Virus record (IMG/VR): IMGVR_UViG_3300028384_000422
Coordinates: 19,858 to 83,857 of that record
Source: a virus
Length of the DNA: 64,000 nt
Reading direction: 5' to 3' (one strand)
Part shown: positions 45,640 to 55,830 of the stretch, piece after piece
How positions within the stretch are numbered: the stretch's first letter is position 1
Layout of the letters: each line of letters starts with the position of its first letter
Notes under the pieces: model-generated
Databases searched by the model: none
The model's input: only the letters and a program-made list of their open reading frames with translations
Told to the model about the DNA's origin: nothing
Translations under genes and position numbers: made by a program

Positions 45640-47079
45640 TTATGTGTTGTCGAATGTTACTCCATACATTGCCCATCCACCTCTACTTCCAATATTAGGA
45701 TATGTTAATGCAGATGAGTTGATATCAACCATTTCAATCATATACCATCTATATCCATAAACATTAGAGAAAGATTGTGATCTTTGACCACCTTCACTAC
45801 CAGAACCTTGTCCACCAAAGTGTACACGAGCTATGAAAGTCCAATTAGTGGAAGTGTCAGTAAAATTACTTCGATCTACTTCTCTATTAGTTCCCCAAAT
45901 GTTACAGTTACCGATGGCATTTGTATGTTTGAACCACCTAATTCTATTTAACACCTGACCTTGAGCACGAGTTGACACTTTAACCGCAAGATACTGCGGC
46001 CAAGTAACATTACCAGGGTTAGTATGTCCCGTGTGGAATGCAAAATCGCTTCCACTAGTTGATGAAATATAATCAAGAAATGGTCTGGTATTTGCTGTTG
46101 CACCTAATGTTTCATCACCACTTGTGCCATCATTATATCTCAAACCTTCATGCAATATTCGCATTCCGTTATGAGTGAAGTTCTGATGTGCAGTATCATT
46201 CGCACCTTCAGCAACACTAAACCCACCACCATTTCCTTGAGTTCCTAAGGGAAATACATCTGTTGTGCCTGATGCCTCACCTGCTTTAACATCCCATTCT
46301 AATCTTTCATTCTTTGCTTCAATTCTTTTTTGAATAGCATTATATCTTACATAACCCGTATCGTCATGAGTAGCATATTTACCAGAATCAATCTCATAAT
46401 CGGGTGTAAATCCTTGTAGTGGTCCTCTGTTTAGTTGAAATCCAGACCACCAAAGCGAATGAGCGTTTGAGTTTCCAGTCTGGGCACCATCTACACGAAC
46501 TTGTATATATCTTGTATCACTTTGATTTAATGTTCTTGTTACGCTAATTCTTTGCCAAGATGTTCCAATGTTACTAAATGTTAGAGATGATAGAGTACTA
46601 TATGTTCCGTTTTCTCTTGCTTCAAATAAGTATAACTGAGCACCGATGCCACCACTTTGATTTGATTTTACATATACACTAAACGTCCACTGTTCTCCTG
46701 CTACTGCTTCAGTAATATTCCACTGACTGCCGTTATAAGTTGCTGTATAAGGATCATTATTACCATCCAATGCCATTTTTAATGGTACACCACCAACAGG
46801 AGAATCTGTTACTGATGAATCAGCAGACGTTGTTGCTCGGACAGCATTCGTTCCCCAAGGTTCTAATAGAACAGATCCATCCGAATTATTTACTCCCGTA
46901 TATGGATACAAAGGACTAAACCTCTTAGCAAATGCATTACTAGGAGGTGCGGGAATAGGATGATAACTCTGACCTAAAACACGAAAATCTGCTTCAGTAC
47001 TTAAAGTAGATGTTGCGTCTAACGTGATCTTAAAGTCAGGGGAATTTCCTTGTAACGCCTGAACATTTATGCGACCCAT
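45640..47079 (-). CDS. Fibre-like protein with CBM-like and discoidin (F5/8 type C)-like domains
   Basis: WTFSVYVKS...WQRISVT...WWSGFQL; C-term WPQYL...IWGTN...YRWY. Confidence 0.65.
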   Translation of the reverse strand: MGRINVQALQGNSPDFKITLDATSTLSTEADFRVLGQSYHPIPAPPSNAFAKRFSPLYPYTGVNNSDGSVLLEPWGTNAVRATTSADSSVTDSPVGGVPLKMALDGNNDPYTATYNGSQWNITEAVAGEQWTFSVYVKSNQSGGIGAQLYLFEARENGTYSTLSSLTFSNIGTSWQRISVTRTLNQSDTRYIQVRVDGAQTGNSNAHSLWWSGFQLNRGPLQGFTPDYEIDSGKYATHDDTGYVRYNAIQKRIEAKNERLEWDVKAGEASGTTDVFPLGTQGNGGGFSVAEGANDTAHQNFTHNGMRILHEGLRYNDGTSGDETLGATANTRPFLDYISSTSGSDFAFHTGHTNPGNVTWPQYLAVKVSTRAQGQVLNRIRWFKHTNAIGNCNIWGTNREVDRSNFTDTSTNWTFIARVHFGGQGSGSEGGQRSQSFSNVYGYRWYMIEMVDINSSALTYPNIGSRGGWAMYGVTFDNT

Positions 47080-47495
47080 TATCTAACACTCCATGCACCA
47101 CCAGATTCAACAGTAATAGTATAACCATTGCCAATGGTCATAGGACCAGCACTCATACCATTTGCAAATTCTGATCCAGCACTAGGTCCAACTGTAATGT
47201 TTTCTGAAATTGTATTAGCGTTCGTTCTAATAACACTATCAGTGCCCAATGAAGGACCACCACCAGAGATTGCCGCCCATCCAGCACTACCAGTTCCATC
47301 ATCTGCTTTATAAATCTCAGCAGCGTCCAGATCTGTATTGAAACGAATTGTTCCAACAGAAACACCAGATGGTCTATTTGCTTGAGTTCCAGAAGGAATC
47401 CTCAAAATACTGGTTTGATTCAGGAATGATAATGTAGAGATAATTGCTTCGGTTGAAGTGGAAATCTGATTTCCACTAATTCTTGAAATCGCCAT
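47079..47495 (-). CDS. Small fibre adaptor-like protein
   Basis: PSGTQANRP...GTIRFN stalk; C-term TISENITV...MSAGPMTIGNGYTITVESGGAW. Confidence 0.7.
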   Translation of the reverse strand: MAISRISGNQISTSTEAIISTLSFLNQTSILRIPSGTQANRPSGVSVGTIRFNTDLDAAEIYKADDGTGSAGWAAISGGGPSLGTDSVIRTNANTISENITVGPSAGSEFANGMSAGPMTIGNGYTITVESGGAWSVR

Positions 47496-47521
47496 GGCAG
47501 ACTATATAACCTCCTTAGTAT

Positions 47522-50500
47522 TTAGATAGGCAGTTCGAGAATATGAACTGTATCCGATGCCAAAGGTGCATCTCCAGAAGAGAATACAACGTTTGCACCA
47601 TTAGAGTCCACAGTATAATTTGTTCCTGCAATTTGAGCAACACCGTTCAGGAATACCAGAACAGAATCGTCAACGTGCTGAACACCTGTATAGGTAGAAA
47701 TAGCAAAGGTTAGAGTTGTTCCATCACCTGTATATGTCTTAGTAATATATTTGTCGGGACCAACACCACCACGACCAGTGACAACCAAGTCACCATCAAC
47801 TCTTGCACTACCGTTTACATTTATGCGATAATCAGCTGTAGGAGCAACACCAAGACCAATGTGTTGATTGTTATTGAAAGTATCAATATTAATCTGACCA
47901 GTATCTGTGAGACCAAATTCTTTCCATGCTCCACCGTAGTATATCCAACCAAGCGACTTACCTGGTGTCCAATTAATGTTATAAACAAGATCACCATCAG
48001 CGGGCGTAGTGTATCCCGTGATATTATTAAAAGAGGGTTGTCCATTTGCATCTGCTGGTGCCAATAAGGTTTGCTTGACGACCGTGCCATCCTGATTGAA
48101 GTACGAAATCTTCTTAGCAGAGAGGTTATTTGTGAAGGTAGTTAATCCTTGGAATGTAACAGGACCAGCGAAGATAGATTCTAACTGGTTAGATGCACCA
48201 CCGATAACCGTGAGTTTGTCAGTAAGAACCAACTCAGAGAATGTCTCAATAGTTGTATTCTCTTCACCAACAACATTCAGTTGTGCAATATCTTCGTTTG
48301 TGATTTGACCTGTAACAGGGTTGATAACCTGGTTACCAATAAACAGGTCGCCGTTAGAGTTAAGACCAGAGTAGAAAGCAACACCCGCTTCTTCTTTAAT
48401 CGACTGAGAGAACTTAATCTGATCAGAACTCAAAGTTTCTACCTGAGTCTGCGGGAATGCAGTCGAGTAGTTACCAGGACCGAAACCAAGATATTCAAAT
48501 GTATGGTTACCAGATCTAAGGATCGAGTGGCGTCTAAACTCAACAGGGACGGGAGAAACAGTTCCATCATTATTATTACGGATATTAATCTTTCTCTCTT
48601 CTTCATCACCTGCACGAGCAGTCAATTCAACATTAGATAGTCTCGCGGTTGCAGATTCATATCCAGGAGTTGTACCTGGTTGTGTCCATCCAGTATCAGT
48701 CAGCATCTTAACAATTGCTTCCTTAGTGACAGACAACTTAGGATCTTTTGCAGGTGGTGTAGCACCATCAGTAGCATTTACTAGACCGATAGTTTGGTTG
48801 TCAGCGACGGATACAGCAGCAAGAGGGTCAGCAACAGGGTTGTCTCTGTCAAACGTAGGATAGACTTCGTTGACGTTTTGAGAGAACTTCCTGTTGTTGA
48901 AGTTACTTGTGCTAGGAGCAACAGATGCATAAAGGAGGGTAATGTAGTAGATTCCATCGGCAATACCTCGCTCGAACTCTTGTACAACTTCAATATCGTA
49001 GATGTAAAAAGTATTTTGTAGATTATATGATGTCGTATCACTATTCAATGGTTGCATTACATAACCAGAGAGGGGATCACGAGGCAGAGGATTAGTCTTA
49101 TCCTTATCAATAACCAGACGAATACGATACGTTCTATCCTGAAGGTTTCTACCATCAGCAATACGCTTCAGGAATGTAGTAGGAGTAAAGTTTACGTTAT
49201 TATAGTCGTTGTTTGTAGTAAGCGTATTGTAAATTCTATTATAAGTATCACTATTAGGATCAGCATCTGCTGTTACAGACAAATACCAACCACCAACACT
49301 ACCTGTCTGACCGTTGATAGTATAAGTAGCACTATCAAATTGAAGAGGTGAACCATCAACACCTGCTCTTAGACCAGAAACACTAGGTCCATATGGGGAG
49401 ATGGTTGCAGATTGTGTTGTAGCGTTCGCTGCACCATTTGCTACAAGCAAGCAATTAATCTTGTCCGCGACAGCATTAGCGCCCGTGCCGTCTTGACGAG
49501 CACCAACGGTGAAACCTTGGACTTTATTTGTTGGAGGTGATGCCTCAACAGTGTATCCGTAGAGATAGAGTCTAGATCCAGGGGATCCTCCAGATCCTGC
49601 AAGAGATTGGTTGATGACTTTTGTTCTTTGAATGTCAATGTTTACCCAGTTAACTGATGTTTCTTCGCCAAAAATAACGTTACCGTTTATCGCTGCTGTA
49701 TTTGAAGCAGTTAATGTAACAACTCTAGTGTTTGTATTTACAGAACCAACAGTGGCACCAACGCCAACACCAGTTCCTGTAACATTCATGCCTTGAATGA
49801 CACCATTGATCGAACCATCGTTAGCGAGAGTAATCGATGATGCACCAGAAGTACCCGTTGCAGTTGTAGAAATAACCGACAATGCTTTGGGAGGAATGAT
49901 ATGAGTGATTGTGCCTGCCTTATCTTTCGAGAATGATTTTGCTTTGAATCCAGCAGATCTTAAAGCTGTGTTTCCGAAGTTACTGTTAGAGTTCGTAATC
50001 GACATGTCACCGCCACTCTCAGCAGTGAAGTGTGTGTCATATCCAACAGCGAACACCGAAACTGCCTGAATAAAGGAGTCATTAGAGCAGACAATGTGTC
50101 TGTGTCCCCAACCTTTACGATACTCAGCAAAACCATCTAAGTGAGCACCATCACCAGATGTTGCTACATCATAGTTACCAGTAGAAGCATTATATCTTAC
50201 GAACGCTCTATCATCTTTCTGCAAACTCAGACCAGTGAACTGCGCCACAACCATTGATTTGAAACCAGTTGCTTTGCTACCATTAGCGTTCATACCATTC
50301 ATACCCCACACCGAGCGGAGTGACAGGTTAAACGCATATGGAGATGCAGAGTCAACAGTATCAATCTCAGTCTTTACAGTGATGTTTGATCCGACTGCGT
50401 TACCTGTCGGTTCAGATTGCATTTGGTAAGTAAAGACGTTACCAGATGCGGATGTGACTGTGAAAGATCCGTTGTAAACTGACGCATCAAGTTCGGATTG

Positions 50501-51499
50501 CGGTCCAGTAGATCCAGTAACTCCACTAACGTTAATGTTAACACCAACGGAAAATCCATGGTCCCTGGGGTTATCAAACTCGTCAACAGTAACCGCCGTT
50601 GCTGTCTGACCATTTCTTGTGATCTGAAGGACTCTGTACTCATCAGAAATAGGACCAACAATACGGTTTTCTTCAACCCTTGCCTGAATCTGGTCAGTTG
50701 CAGGATCACCAGATGTATCAGGAATTGTAGCGAATGCTTTAGATACCTTTTGATAATAAATCTCTAGGTCAGTTCTTTCTAAGATGTTAGGCACAGCAGA
50801 ATAATCTGCGTTAGGAACACTGCCGTCAGAGATTAACCTAGAAAGAGGATTAAGACCATCAGCAAACTCAAAACAAGTGAGTCTGTGATGTGAAAACTTA
50901 GGTGCTAATGTTTCTGTGCTATCAGGTTTGAAGTATACACCTTCCTCAGCACCATCGAAGAAGGAGAACTGCCAGAAGTATGTTCCACCAGTAACCCTGA
51001 AGATCGAGGTGCGGGGAGGTACTTGATCTTCTGTATTGATACCCTTAGCAGCATAGATCGTAGGATAAGGAACGTACTTAGGAATAATCTTGGTACGACG
51101 AAGATCGGTGCCAACCAGCGAACAACCTCTGGGAACAATGATTCCTCCTTCTATAGAATTGAACTTGTGAAGAACATTATTAGGAGAAGTTAAGTCAAGG
51201 TTTGAGTTTGCATCAATGGGTGCTGTATTAGTATACAGAACTTCACCAGGACGATTATCTACAATATATTCTGCTGGGTACAGCATAATCGAGAAGGCGT
51301 CGAATTCGTCGTTCGACAGACCTACTCGATAGGAGAATCTTGCAACTTCAAGAAATGCTCTCTGGATAGACTTAAACGGTCTCAGTGCAGAGTTACCTCT
51401 GTTGTCAATAGCATCAGAGGCATCGAAGTCGTCAGGGTTGACATAGATGATACGTCCAGTTCTGGACGTAATAATATTCTTAAGTCTAGTAAGGGACAT
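47522..51499 (-). CDS. Large virion structural protein (beta-helix-like)
   Basis: IIYVNPDDFDASD...GNSALRPFKSIQRA, SLVGTDLRRTKI, SGHTFEY-like (GNHTFEYLG) motif; late promoter upstream. Confidence 0.75.
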   Translation of the reverse strand: MSLTRLKNIITSRTGRIIYVNPDDFDASDAIDNRGNSALRPFKSIQRAFLEVARFSYRVGLSNDEFDAFSIMLYPAEYIVDNRPGEVLYTNTAPIDANSNLDLTSPNNVLHKFNSIEGGIIVPRGCSLVGTDLRRTKIIPKYVPYPTIYAAKGINTEDQVPPRTSIFRVTGGTYFWQFSFFDGAEEGVYFKPDSTETLAPKFSHHRLTCFEFADGLNPLSRLISDGSVPNADYSAVPNILERTDLEIYYQKVSKAFATIPDTSGDPATDQIQARVEENRIVGPISDEYRVLQITRNGQTATAVTVDEFDNPRDHGFSVGVNINVSGVTGSTGPQSELDASVYNGSFTVTSASGNVFTYQMQSEPTGNAVGSNITVKTEIDTVDSASPYAFNLSLRSVWGMNGMNANGSKATGFKSMVVAQFTGLSLQKDDRAFVRYNASTGNYDVATSGDGAHLDGFAEYRKGWGHRHIVCSNDSFIQAVSVFAVGYDTHFTAESGGDMSITNSNSNFGNTALRSAGFKAKSFSKDKAGTITHIIPPKALSVISTTATGTSGASSITLANDGSINGVIQGMNVTGTGVGVGATVGSVNTNTRVVTLTASNTAAINGNVIFGEETSVNWVNIDIQRTKVINQSLAGSGGSPGSRLYLYGYTVEASPPTNKVQGFTVGARQDGTGANAVADKINCLLVANGAANATTQSATISPYGPSVSGLRAGVDGSPLQFDSATYTINGQTGSVGGWYLSVTADADPNSDTYNRIYNTLTTNNDYNNVNFTPTTFLKRIADGRNLQDRTYRIRLVIDKDKTNPLPRDPLSGYVMQPLNSDTTSYNLQNTFYIYDIEVVQEFERGIADGIYYITLLYASVAPSTSNFNNRKFSQNVNEVYPTFDRDNPVADPLAAVSVADNQTIGLVNATDGATPPAKDPKLSVTKEAIVKMLTDTGWTQPGTTPGYESATARLSNVELTARAGDEEERKINIRNNNDGTVSPVPVEFRRHSILRSGNHTFEYLGFGPGNYSTAFPQTQVETLSSDQIKFSQSIKEEAGVAFYSGLNSNGDLFIGNQVINPVTGQITNEDIAQLNVVGEENTTIETFSELVLTDKLTVIGGASNQLESIFAGPVTFQGLTTFTNNLSAKKISYFNQDGTVVKQTLLAPADANGQPSFNNITGYTTPADGDLVYNINWTPGKSLGWIYYGGAWKEFGLTDTGQINIDTFNNNQHIGLGVAPTADYRINVNGSARVDGDLVVTGRGGVGPDKYITKTYTGDGTTLTFAISTYTGVQHVDDSVLVFLNGVAQIAGTNYTVDSNGANVVFSSGDAPLASDTVHILELPI

Positions 51500-51520
51500 T
51501 TCTTACGCTGCTTTTTTAGT

Positions 51521-51527
51521 TATTTAT
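51521..51527 (-). promoter_or_regulatory. Late promoter ATAAATA
   Basis: Intergenic, 21 nt before the 1325-aa gene. Confidence 0.7.
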
Positions 51528-51535
51528 GAGGGAGA

Positions 51536-53026
51536 TCAACCGCCACCAGACGCTGCGCCAGCAACAGCTGTAGCAGAATAAGTTCTAGTAGTGAATCCTG
51601 TAGATGCATCTTCAAATCCAATCAATACGAATGAACAATCCGCTGCTGCATTTTCAACAATAAGTCTTTCACCAGGACCAATAACTAAAGATTTGATTTC
51701 TTCTGTAGTATTAGCAGTAATTGCATTATCTTTGCGAATTACTTCCTGTGTTTCAAATGCTGTAACAGCAACAGCAACACTGCTGACAGTTACTATGCCA
51801 CGATCACCACCACCCTCTTTGGGGTTATCTTGGAAGGTATCAGATCCTGCAAAATCAGCAGAACCTACACCTTTAATGATGTAAAGGTCGGTGCCACTAT
51901 ATGAACGAACATAACCGTATGGACCAGAAGTCTGAGAACTTACAGTGTAAGTAGTTCCGTTGAATTCAAAACCATCAACGTTATTTGTCCATGTGCCATC
52001 AACATCATACACATAGATTTCACTATACTCATATGATGTAGAGACTGTCAAGAGACGATCAGTACCACCATAATCAGAGTTTGAAGCAGTGCCTGTTCCA
52101 CCATCATAGTAATACAGGTTCTGGTTCAAACCAGAATCCTGACTCAGATCATACTGAACATATGCACCAGTAGAACCAGCAGTTCCGTTGGTTGTTTTAC
52201 CCGTTGTATATTCTACTCCATTATCAGTAGTTTGAGTAAAGTCATTGTCAGGACCATACTCACCGTTAACAGTAATCGATAGTTTAAAGTCTCTACCACT
52301 CATAGTAGAGTCAGATACATCAAAACGATATGCTCTGTCTGTAAAGAGTGTAAGGGTATCCCCCAAGTAAAGGCTTTCTGTTCCACCTTGTTCTTGGAAT
52401 GTAAAATCGTTAGTAGCAGTTGCAATACCACCAGTAGAAATTGTTCCCGTTGCACCACCAGATGCAGTCAGTGCATCACCATCAGCAAACTCTGTTCCAG
52501 TTCCTGCAAGGGTAGAAGGACCAACATAAACGATTGTACTACCAGATCCTTGAGAAACTGAATAAATGGTAGCGGTTGCAGTGTTAGGAGAAGTTCCCTT
52601 TACAATTGTTTCACCGACTGCCAAAGTTCCGCTTACAGATTCTAAGGTAATTGCACGAATCGCTCTAACGCGAACATCAATCTCAGTAAATGCTGGAAGA
52701 TAGAATGATTCAAATCTAGCAGTAGATTCAGCGTCAGACGACGATAATAGTGTTCCTGATGCCAAACCAGCCGTTGCGGGAATAGCAGTGTTCAATGCAA
52801 AGCGATAACCTGTAACTACATCACCTTCATGTAACAAGTGAGTGCTTGCATCGACCACTAATTTTTGATCGTAATTTTTTAGGGCAACATCGAAAGTTGT
52901 GTTACTACCGCCCTGAGCAGTAACATTAAGCACCGTGCTTGCAGAGGAATCAATAGGTGCTGAATACAGCAACGTATTAGTTCCTGCGCTTGGTTTTGCT
53001 TTTGCTAAAATACCTTGCCTAGCCAT
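51536..53026 (-). CDS. Virion structural protein with a degenerate cupredoxin-like domain
   Basis: T/G/S-rich; YRFDVSDSTMSG..F.LS...GAYVQYDL...NLYYY lacking Cu ligands. Confidence 0.65.
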   Translation of the reverse strand: MARQGILAKAKPSAGTNTLLYSAPIDSSASTVLNVTAQGGSNTTFDVALKNYDQKLVVDASTHLLHEGDVVTGYRFALNTAIPATAGLASGTLLSSSDAESTARFESFYLPAFTEIDVRVRAIRAITLESVSGTLAVGETIVKGTSPNTATATIYSVSQGSGSTIVYVGPSTLAGTGTEFADGDALTASGGATGTISTGGIATATNDFTFQEQGGTESLYLGDTLTLFTDRAYRFDVSDSTMSGRDFKLSITVNGEYGPDNDFTQTTDNGVEYTTGKTTNGTAGSTGAYVQYDLSQDSGLNQNLYYYDGGTGTASNSDYGGTDRLLTVSTSYEYSEIYVYDVDGTWTNNVDGFEFNGTTYTVSSQTSGPYGYVRSYSGTDLYIIKGVGSADFAGSDTFQDNPKEGGGDRGIVTVSSVAVAVTAFETQEVIRKDNAITANTTEEIKSLVIGPGERLIVENAAADCSFVLIGFEDASTGFTTRTYSATAVAGAASGGG

Positions 53027-53032
53027 TGTTAA

Positions 53033-54355
53033 TTATTGTCCTGCAAAGAAGAATTGTTGTTGTCTGGTCAAACCAGTGAGGTTGTTAGCGCCGATACCAG
53101 CACCAAATGTAACGTCGTCTAGAGTTACGTTCTCGGTAGAGAGAAGGGTCGCATTTGCATCAGGGAATCTGATGGTTCTCGGACCAGTAAGACCTTCCGT
53201 AGAGAAGATGACAGAACCATCTGCATTAGTCGGAGAAGTAATAATAGGATTACTAAGAGTCTTAGAGGAAAGAGTCTGCGTTGCAAGTGCGGTTACAAGT
53301 GTATTTGTTGCACCTGAGTTATTTAGGTCGTTTGTTCCTGGGAATTGAAACGATTCATTAGATAGAGTATTCTGATTAGCAACAGTAAAACTAATCTTCT
53401 TAGTATTATCGGTAGAATCCTGAAGGATCAAACCTTCGATACTTTTATTAGATATAATCTGTGTTGCTTCAGTACCTACAAGAGTCAAACTCTGGTTGGG
53501 AACAGTAATTGTTCTATTCGCATCCAGTGCATCAGTGTTGAACTGTGCGTAGTTTGTATCACTTTCTGCGTTAGTAGCTAATTTTACGTTAACTAATGTC
53601 TTACTAAGAACAGTTTGTTCTGACTTAGTATCAAGTAAAGTAGAAGCAGTAGCAGTAGGTTCAGCAGTTGTAGTTACAGTTCCTGCATCAGGCAAGAAGT
53701 AAGAACGACGTGCATCTTGTGTAGTAGCCCAGTTAATTTGGAAGATTGCTTCTTCATCACCATCAGTAATGACTAAGTTATCTTCATCAATAAGAAGTGT
53801 TTTGTTCCTGAGAGTCTGCGTAGTATCGTCACCAACAACAGTGGTGCCGTTACCAGATGTAATAGCAGGGAATGTAAAGATACGAGTGTTTGTGCCAGTA
53901 CCAACGTTACTAACTTCAAAACGTGCTTTAGGTCCCTGTGCATCTTCAAGAATAAATGCTTGGTCAGAGATAACAAAGTTACCAGTAACCTTAACAGCAC
54001 CTGTTCCTTTAGGAGCAAAAACAACGTCTACGTTTGCAGCAGTGTCATCAACAGCGGTCATATACAGTGAAGCACTGTCATTTCCATTGTCGATTCTAGT
54101 CATATAGAATCCACCATCACCAAAGGCAATACCGATTTGATCGTATGCTGCTTGGTATAGTCCCGTGTCTCGGTCCAGGTCAAAACAAAGTCCAGGAGCA
54201 GATTTTGTGCCCTGAGTTACTCCACGGAAGAGTTGATTGATTTTTGCCTTTCGGTTAGGAATCAATGGGTCGGAAACAACGACTGGAAGAATTGCTTCTC
54301 CAGATAGGTTAGCATCCGAGATTGTATCTAACTGAGAAATTTTACGGGTTCCCAC
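53033..54355 (-). CDS. Tail-fibre-like structural protein
   Basis: RKISQL N-terminus, APGLCFDLDRDTGLY, repeated QTLxNKTL/RTIxFP units. Confidence 0.7.
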   Translation of the reverse strand: MGTRKISQLDTISDANLSGEAILPVVVSDPLIPNRKAKINQLFRGVTQGTKSAPGLCFDLDRDTGLYQAAYDQIGIAFGDGGFYMTRIDNGNDSASLYMTAVDDTAANVDVVFAPKGTGAVKVTGNFVISDQAFILEDAQGPKARFEVSNVGTGTNTRIFTFPAITSGNGTTVVGDDTTQTLRNKTLLIDEDNLVITDGDEEAIFQINWATTQDARRSYFLPDAGTVTTTAEPTATASTLLDTKSEQTVLSKTLVNVKLATNAESDTNYAQFNTDALDANRTITVPNQSLTLVGTEATQIISNKSIEGLILQDSTDNTKKISFTVANQNTLSNESFQFPGTNDLNNSGATNTLVTALATQTLSSKTLSNPIITSPTNADGSVIFSTEGLTGPRTIRFPDANATLLSTENVTLDDVTFGAGIGANNLTGLTRQQQFFFAGQ

Positions 54356-54382
54356 GAATAATCACACTATTTGCTACAGGTC

Positions 54383-54390
54383 TATTTATA
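54383..54390 (-). promoter_or_regulatory. T4-type late promoter TATAAATA
   Basis: Exact consensus upstream of the 440-aa gene. Confidence 0.8.
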
Positions 54391-54478
54391 CGGATACAAT
54401 TCATTGTATCGAAGGAAGCGACGCTTGTTAGGTGTTACGTCTAAAGATTCACACGCATCAAGATACGATTGCCATTCA

Positions 54479-54724
54479 TTACACAGGCGCTTGTAGGTGC
54501 CTTAAAAAATCAGATTCAAAGGAATCGATAAGTCTATGTCCTTGGATGAGTTCTCTGAATTCTTCATACTTTTTTGCATGGCGTTGATGATAATCAATCA
54601 TTTCGGAAGTCTCAGCAAGCAGTTCTTCATACAAGAGACGTGCAGAAACTTTTTCATCGTCGAGATAATCTAAAATGATATCTGCTAAACGACATTTCCT
54701 TTGCTGTGCATATGTTTCCATCAC
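54479..54724 (-). CDS. Hypothetical protein
   Basis: ORF track; GGAGG RBS; GTGA overlap with upstream gene. Confidence 0.65.
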   Translation of the reverse strand: MMETYAQQRKCRLADIILDYLDDEKVSARLLYEELLAETSEMIDYHQRHAKKYEEFRELIQGHRLIDSFESDFLRHLQAPV

Positions 54725-55095
54725 AGTTTACCTCCAACTAAACCACTATTAACAGTGCGAGTGTAATCATCGAGAGTGCCATCTTGCAGGCATTTAAGAT
54801 GCCAACGGGACATAGTTAGAACTCCTTCGTATGTTGCACCAGTAATAAAATGCTGACCAAGAGGTTCTTTCAAAATAGATGTAAAGAGACCAAACCGAGT
54901 CTTTTTGATATAAAAGACATCATCGATCCACTCAGCATTCTCGGGAATAGTTTTTTCTACAGTTCCACCAAAGGAGGTTTCAAGCACCGTCTTCGGTTTT
55001 GTACTGCCACTCGTCTGTGTGTCCAACTGTCCACCACTTTGGTTCTGTTTCAACGGCATAGTTTTGTGTGCAAACTTTGAAATCGGGTTGTTCAA
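54721..55095 (-). CDS. Hypothetical protein (true start uncertain)
   Basis: ORF track; 5' part overlaps the upstream gene. Confidence 0.55.
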   Translation of the reverse strand: MNNPISKFAHKTMPLKQNQSGGQLDTQTSGSTKPKTVLETSFGGTVEKTIPENAEWIDDVFYIKKTRFGLFTSILKEPLGQHFITGATYEGVLTMSRWHLKCLQDGTLDDYTRTVNSGLVGGKL

Positions 55096-55624
55096 GTTTC
55101 CCTGGGATAAGAGAATTATCTCGCCAGATTACTCGATTGTTTGGTTGGGCAGCGAACTGTCCATTATCGAGGGCGATGACGTTGAACGATTTGTGTTCGG
55201 GATCCAACTCAGAAAAATTAGTGTCAATAACAGACTGATCTGGATGAGCAGAGTCAATCGTAAATTCATACTCTCCTGCGTGCATTTTTTTGTCCTTACC
55301 AAAGAACTCGCAACGTCCCAGAATAGGTTTCCGAACTACGGTGATATTATAGTCGAAACAGTCCCAAAGTTCAAGTACGTCTAATGGTAATTGGTCTTCA
55401 GGATCAAAATCCTTTTTCCATACAAATGCGCTCAATGGTAATTTATCAAATAAAGCACCATATTCGGTGAGAAGTGTCTCAAAGTATAGTGCCTTGGTCT
55501 GAACACTCTTTACAGAGATCCAGATACCAGGCGTAAGTTCACCATGTCCCTTCTGGTGGTCGTATAGATACTCCTTCTTCACCCATACTGGATTCGGTGG
55601 GAGTGGATGTACTAGAAATGCCAT
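54980..55624 (-). CDS. Hypothetical phage protein
   Basis: ORF track, 214 aa with normal composition. Confidence 0.75.
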   Translation of the reverse strand: MAFLVHPLPPNPVWVKKEYLYDHQKGHGELTPGIWISVKSVQTKALYFETLLTEYGALFDKLPLSAFVWKKDFDPEDQLPLDVLELWDCFDYNITVVRKPILGRCEFFGKDKKMHAGEYEFTIDSAHPDQSVIDTNFSELDPEHKSFNVIALDNGQFAAQPNNRVIWRDNSLIPGKLEQPDFKVCTQNYAVETEPKWWTVGHTDEWQYKTEDGA

Positions 55625-55740
55625 GTCTTTCTAACCATTCTTTGTTGTGTTTTTTACCCTCAACGACTTTATACCAAGGTGCATAAAGCGGACCATCATA
55701 ATCTTTTTTCAAGTCTCTAAGGCAACTACCTTATGTATAA

Positions 55741-55812
55741 CTCCCCTTCTAGGATTTGAACCTAGGACCGAGCGATTAACAGTCGCTTGCTCTGCCGCTG
55801 AGCTAAAGAGGA
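55741..55812 (-). tRNA. trnN: tRNA-Asn(GTT)
   Basis: TCCTCTTTAGCTCAGCGGCAGAGC...CT-GTT-AA...GGTTCAAATCC...AAGGGGAG cloverleaf; no encoded CCA. Confidence 0.95.
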
Positions 55813-55830
55813 TTGTTTCCCTTACAGGAA

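Noticed and set aside
42159-47495. Diversity-generating retroelement or invertase shufflon for the fibre paralogues
   Set aside because: No reverse transcriptase, recombinase, template/variable repeat pair or inverted cassettes seen in this window
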